Below, piece by piece: positions 63,348 to 64,000 of a DNA stretch of 64,000 nucleotides. The stretch comes from Planctomycetota bacterium (lineage in GTDB: Bacteria > Planctomycetota > UBA8742 > UBA2392). Both the position numbers and the translations under genes were made by a program. Every line of letters starts with the position of its first letter. The first letter of the stretch is position 1. The stretch lies in assembly GCA_016722065.1 (NCBI GenBank), contig JADKGX010000001.1:1036951-1100950 (forward strand), given 5' to 3'. The notes below the pieces were generated by a model. The model did no database searches, had not been told where the DNA came from, and saw nothing but the letters and a program-made list of their open reading frames with translations.

Positions 63348-64000
63348 GCTGACGTTGAGCCTGTGCAGCGTCTGCCGCAACCGCGTGGACGCCAAGCTGG
63401 TGTCGCAGGACGGCCGCATCTACATGCTCAAGCATTGCCTTGAACACGGGCCGGAGCGCGTGCTGGTGGCCACCGATGCCGAGTACTGGCTGCGATCGCG
63501 CCGCACCCTCAAGCCGGGGCAACTGCCCAAGCGCTTCAACACGAAGACCGAGCGCGGTTGCCCCTGGGATTGCGGCATATGCCCCGATCATGAGCAGCAC
63601 GGCTGTCTGACGCTCCTGGAGATCACCGACCGCTGCAACCTGTCCTGCCCTGTCTGCTATGCCGACAGTGCACCTGGCAAGGGCAGGCACCGCACGCTGC
63701 AAGAAGTCAACGCGATGCTGGACACCGTGGTTGCCAACGAAGGCGAACCCGATGTCGTCCAGATCAGCGGCGGCGAGCCGACCATTCACCCGCAGTTCTT
63801 TGAGATCATGGATGCTGCCCAAAGCCGCCCGATCAAGCACCTGATGCTGAACACCAACGGCCTGCGCATCGCGACCGAGCCGGGCTTCGCCGAGCGGCTG
63901 GCGACCTACCTGCCGAGGTTCGAGGTCTATCTGCAATGGGATTCGATGCGCGCCGAACCGTTACGCGAGTTGCGTGGCGCGGAACTGCTTGAGACCCGCC
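63319..64000 (+). CDS. Radical SAM enzyme, COG1964-like architecture (3' end outside window; not in supplied ORF track)
   Basis: My own translation from ATG 63319 is open to the window edge. CSVCRNRVDAKL..HCLEHG is zinc-ribbon/rubredoxin-like. RGCPWDCGICPDHEQHGC is an auxiliary Cys cluster. DRCNLSCPVCYA is the CX3CX2C radical-SAM motif. QISGGEPT is the SAM-binding GGE motif. Overlaps the Lgt-like gene by 29 nt. Confidence 0.75.
   Translation, partial: MTDRPYHFIELTLSLCSVCRNRVDAKLVSQDGRIYMLKHCLEHGPERVLVATDAEYWLRSRRTLKPGQLPKRFNTKTERGCPWDCGICPDHEQHGCLTLLEITDRCNLSCPVCYADSAPGKGRHRTLQEVNAMLDTVVANEGEPDVVQISGGEPTIHPQFFEIMDAAQSRPIKHLMLNTNGLRIATEPGFAERLATYLPRFEVYLQWDSMRAEPLRELRGAELLETR

Overview
High-GC (~65%) bacterial chromosomal segment with Gram-negative-type envelope genes (lipoboxes, Wza/PCP). 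I found no rRNA, tRNA, CRISPR array, transposase or integrase. Block 1 (1-9.6 kb) holds a lipoprotein made of four DUF192-like modules, a fused 2-oxoacid dehydrogenase E1 alpha/beta gene with a 70-aa low-complexity insertion, a structured 620-bp spacer hiding a 36-codon ORF, and a cysteine peptidase (C39-like) flanked by TPR arms. Block 2 (9.7-41.3 kb) is a surface-glycan locus. It contains a Wzy-like/GT4/MBOAT/accessory operon and a divergent PCP-Wza-UXS operon. It also contains a long minus-strand operon headed by a 4,240-aa secreted protein (4 P-domains, 19 Ig-like modules, 18 Kelch blades), followed by a Wzm/Wzt ABC exporter, an apparently frameshifted wecB and glycosyltransferases. Block 3 (41.6-64 kb) holds recJ, a cytochrome P460-like lipoprotein, and a NYN-domain gene translationally coupled to the first of seven tandem paralogous TPR proteins. 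These TPR proteins begin at the winged-helix signature helix of STAND/AAA_16 ATPases but have no NTPase domain. Three of them have a conserved promoter-like module whose -10 hexamer lies 6 nt from the ATG, which suggests leaderless mRNAs. One is followed, after an in-frame TGA, by a second copy of the family C-terminal tail. The window ends with fhs, a small lipoprotein, a GNAT, a membrane protein, and an overlapping Lgt-like/radical-SAM pair that runs off the edge; the radical-SAM ORF is absent from the supplied ORF track. All domain calls come from reading motifs by eye, and no database search was run. The most novel candidate is the array of NTPase-less STAND-like TPR proteins with the NYN gene. 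Second is the giant-protein/ABC-glycan operon.
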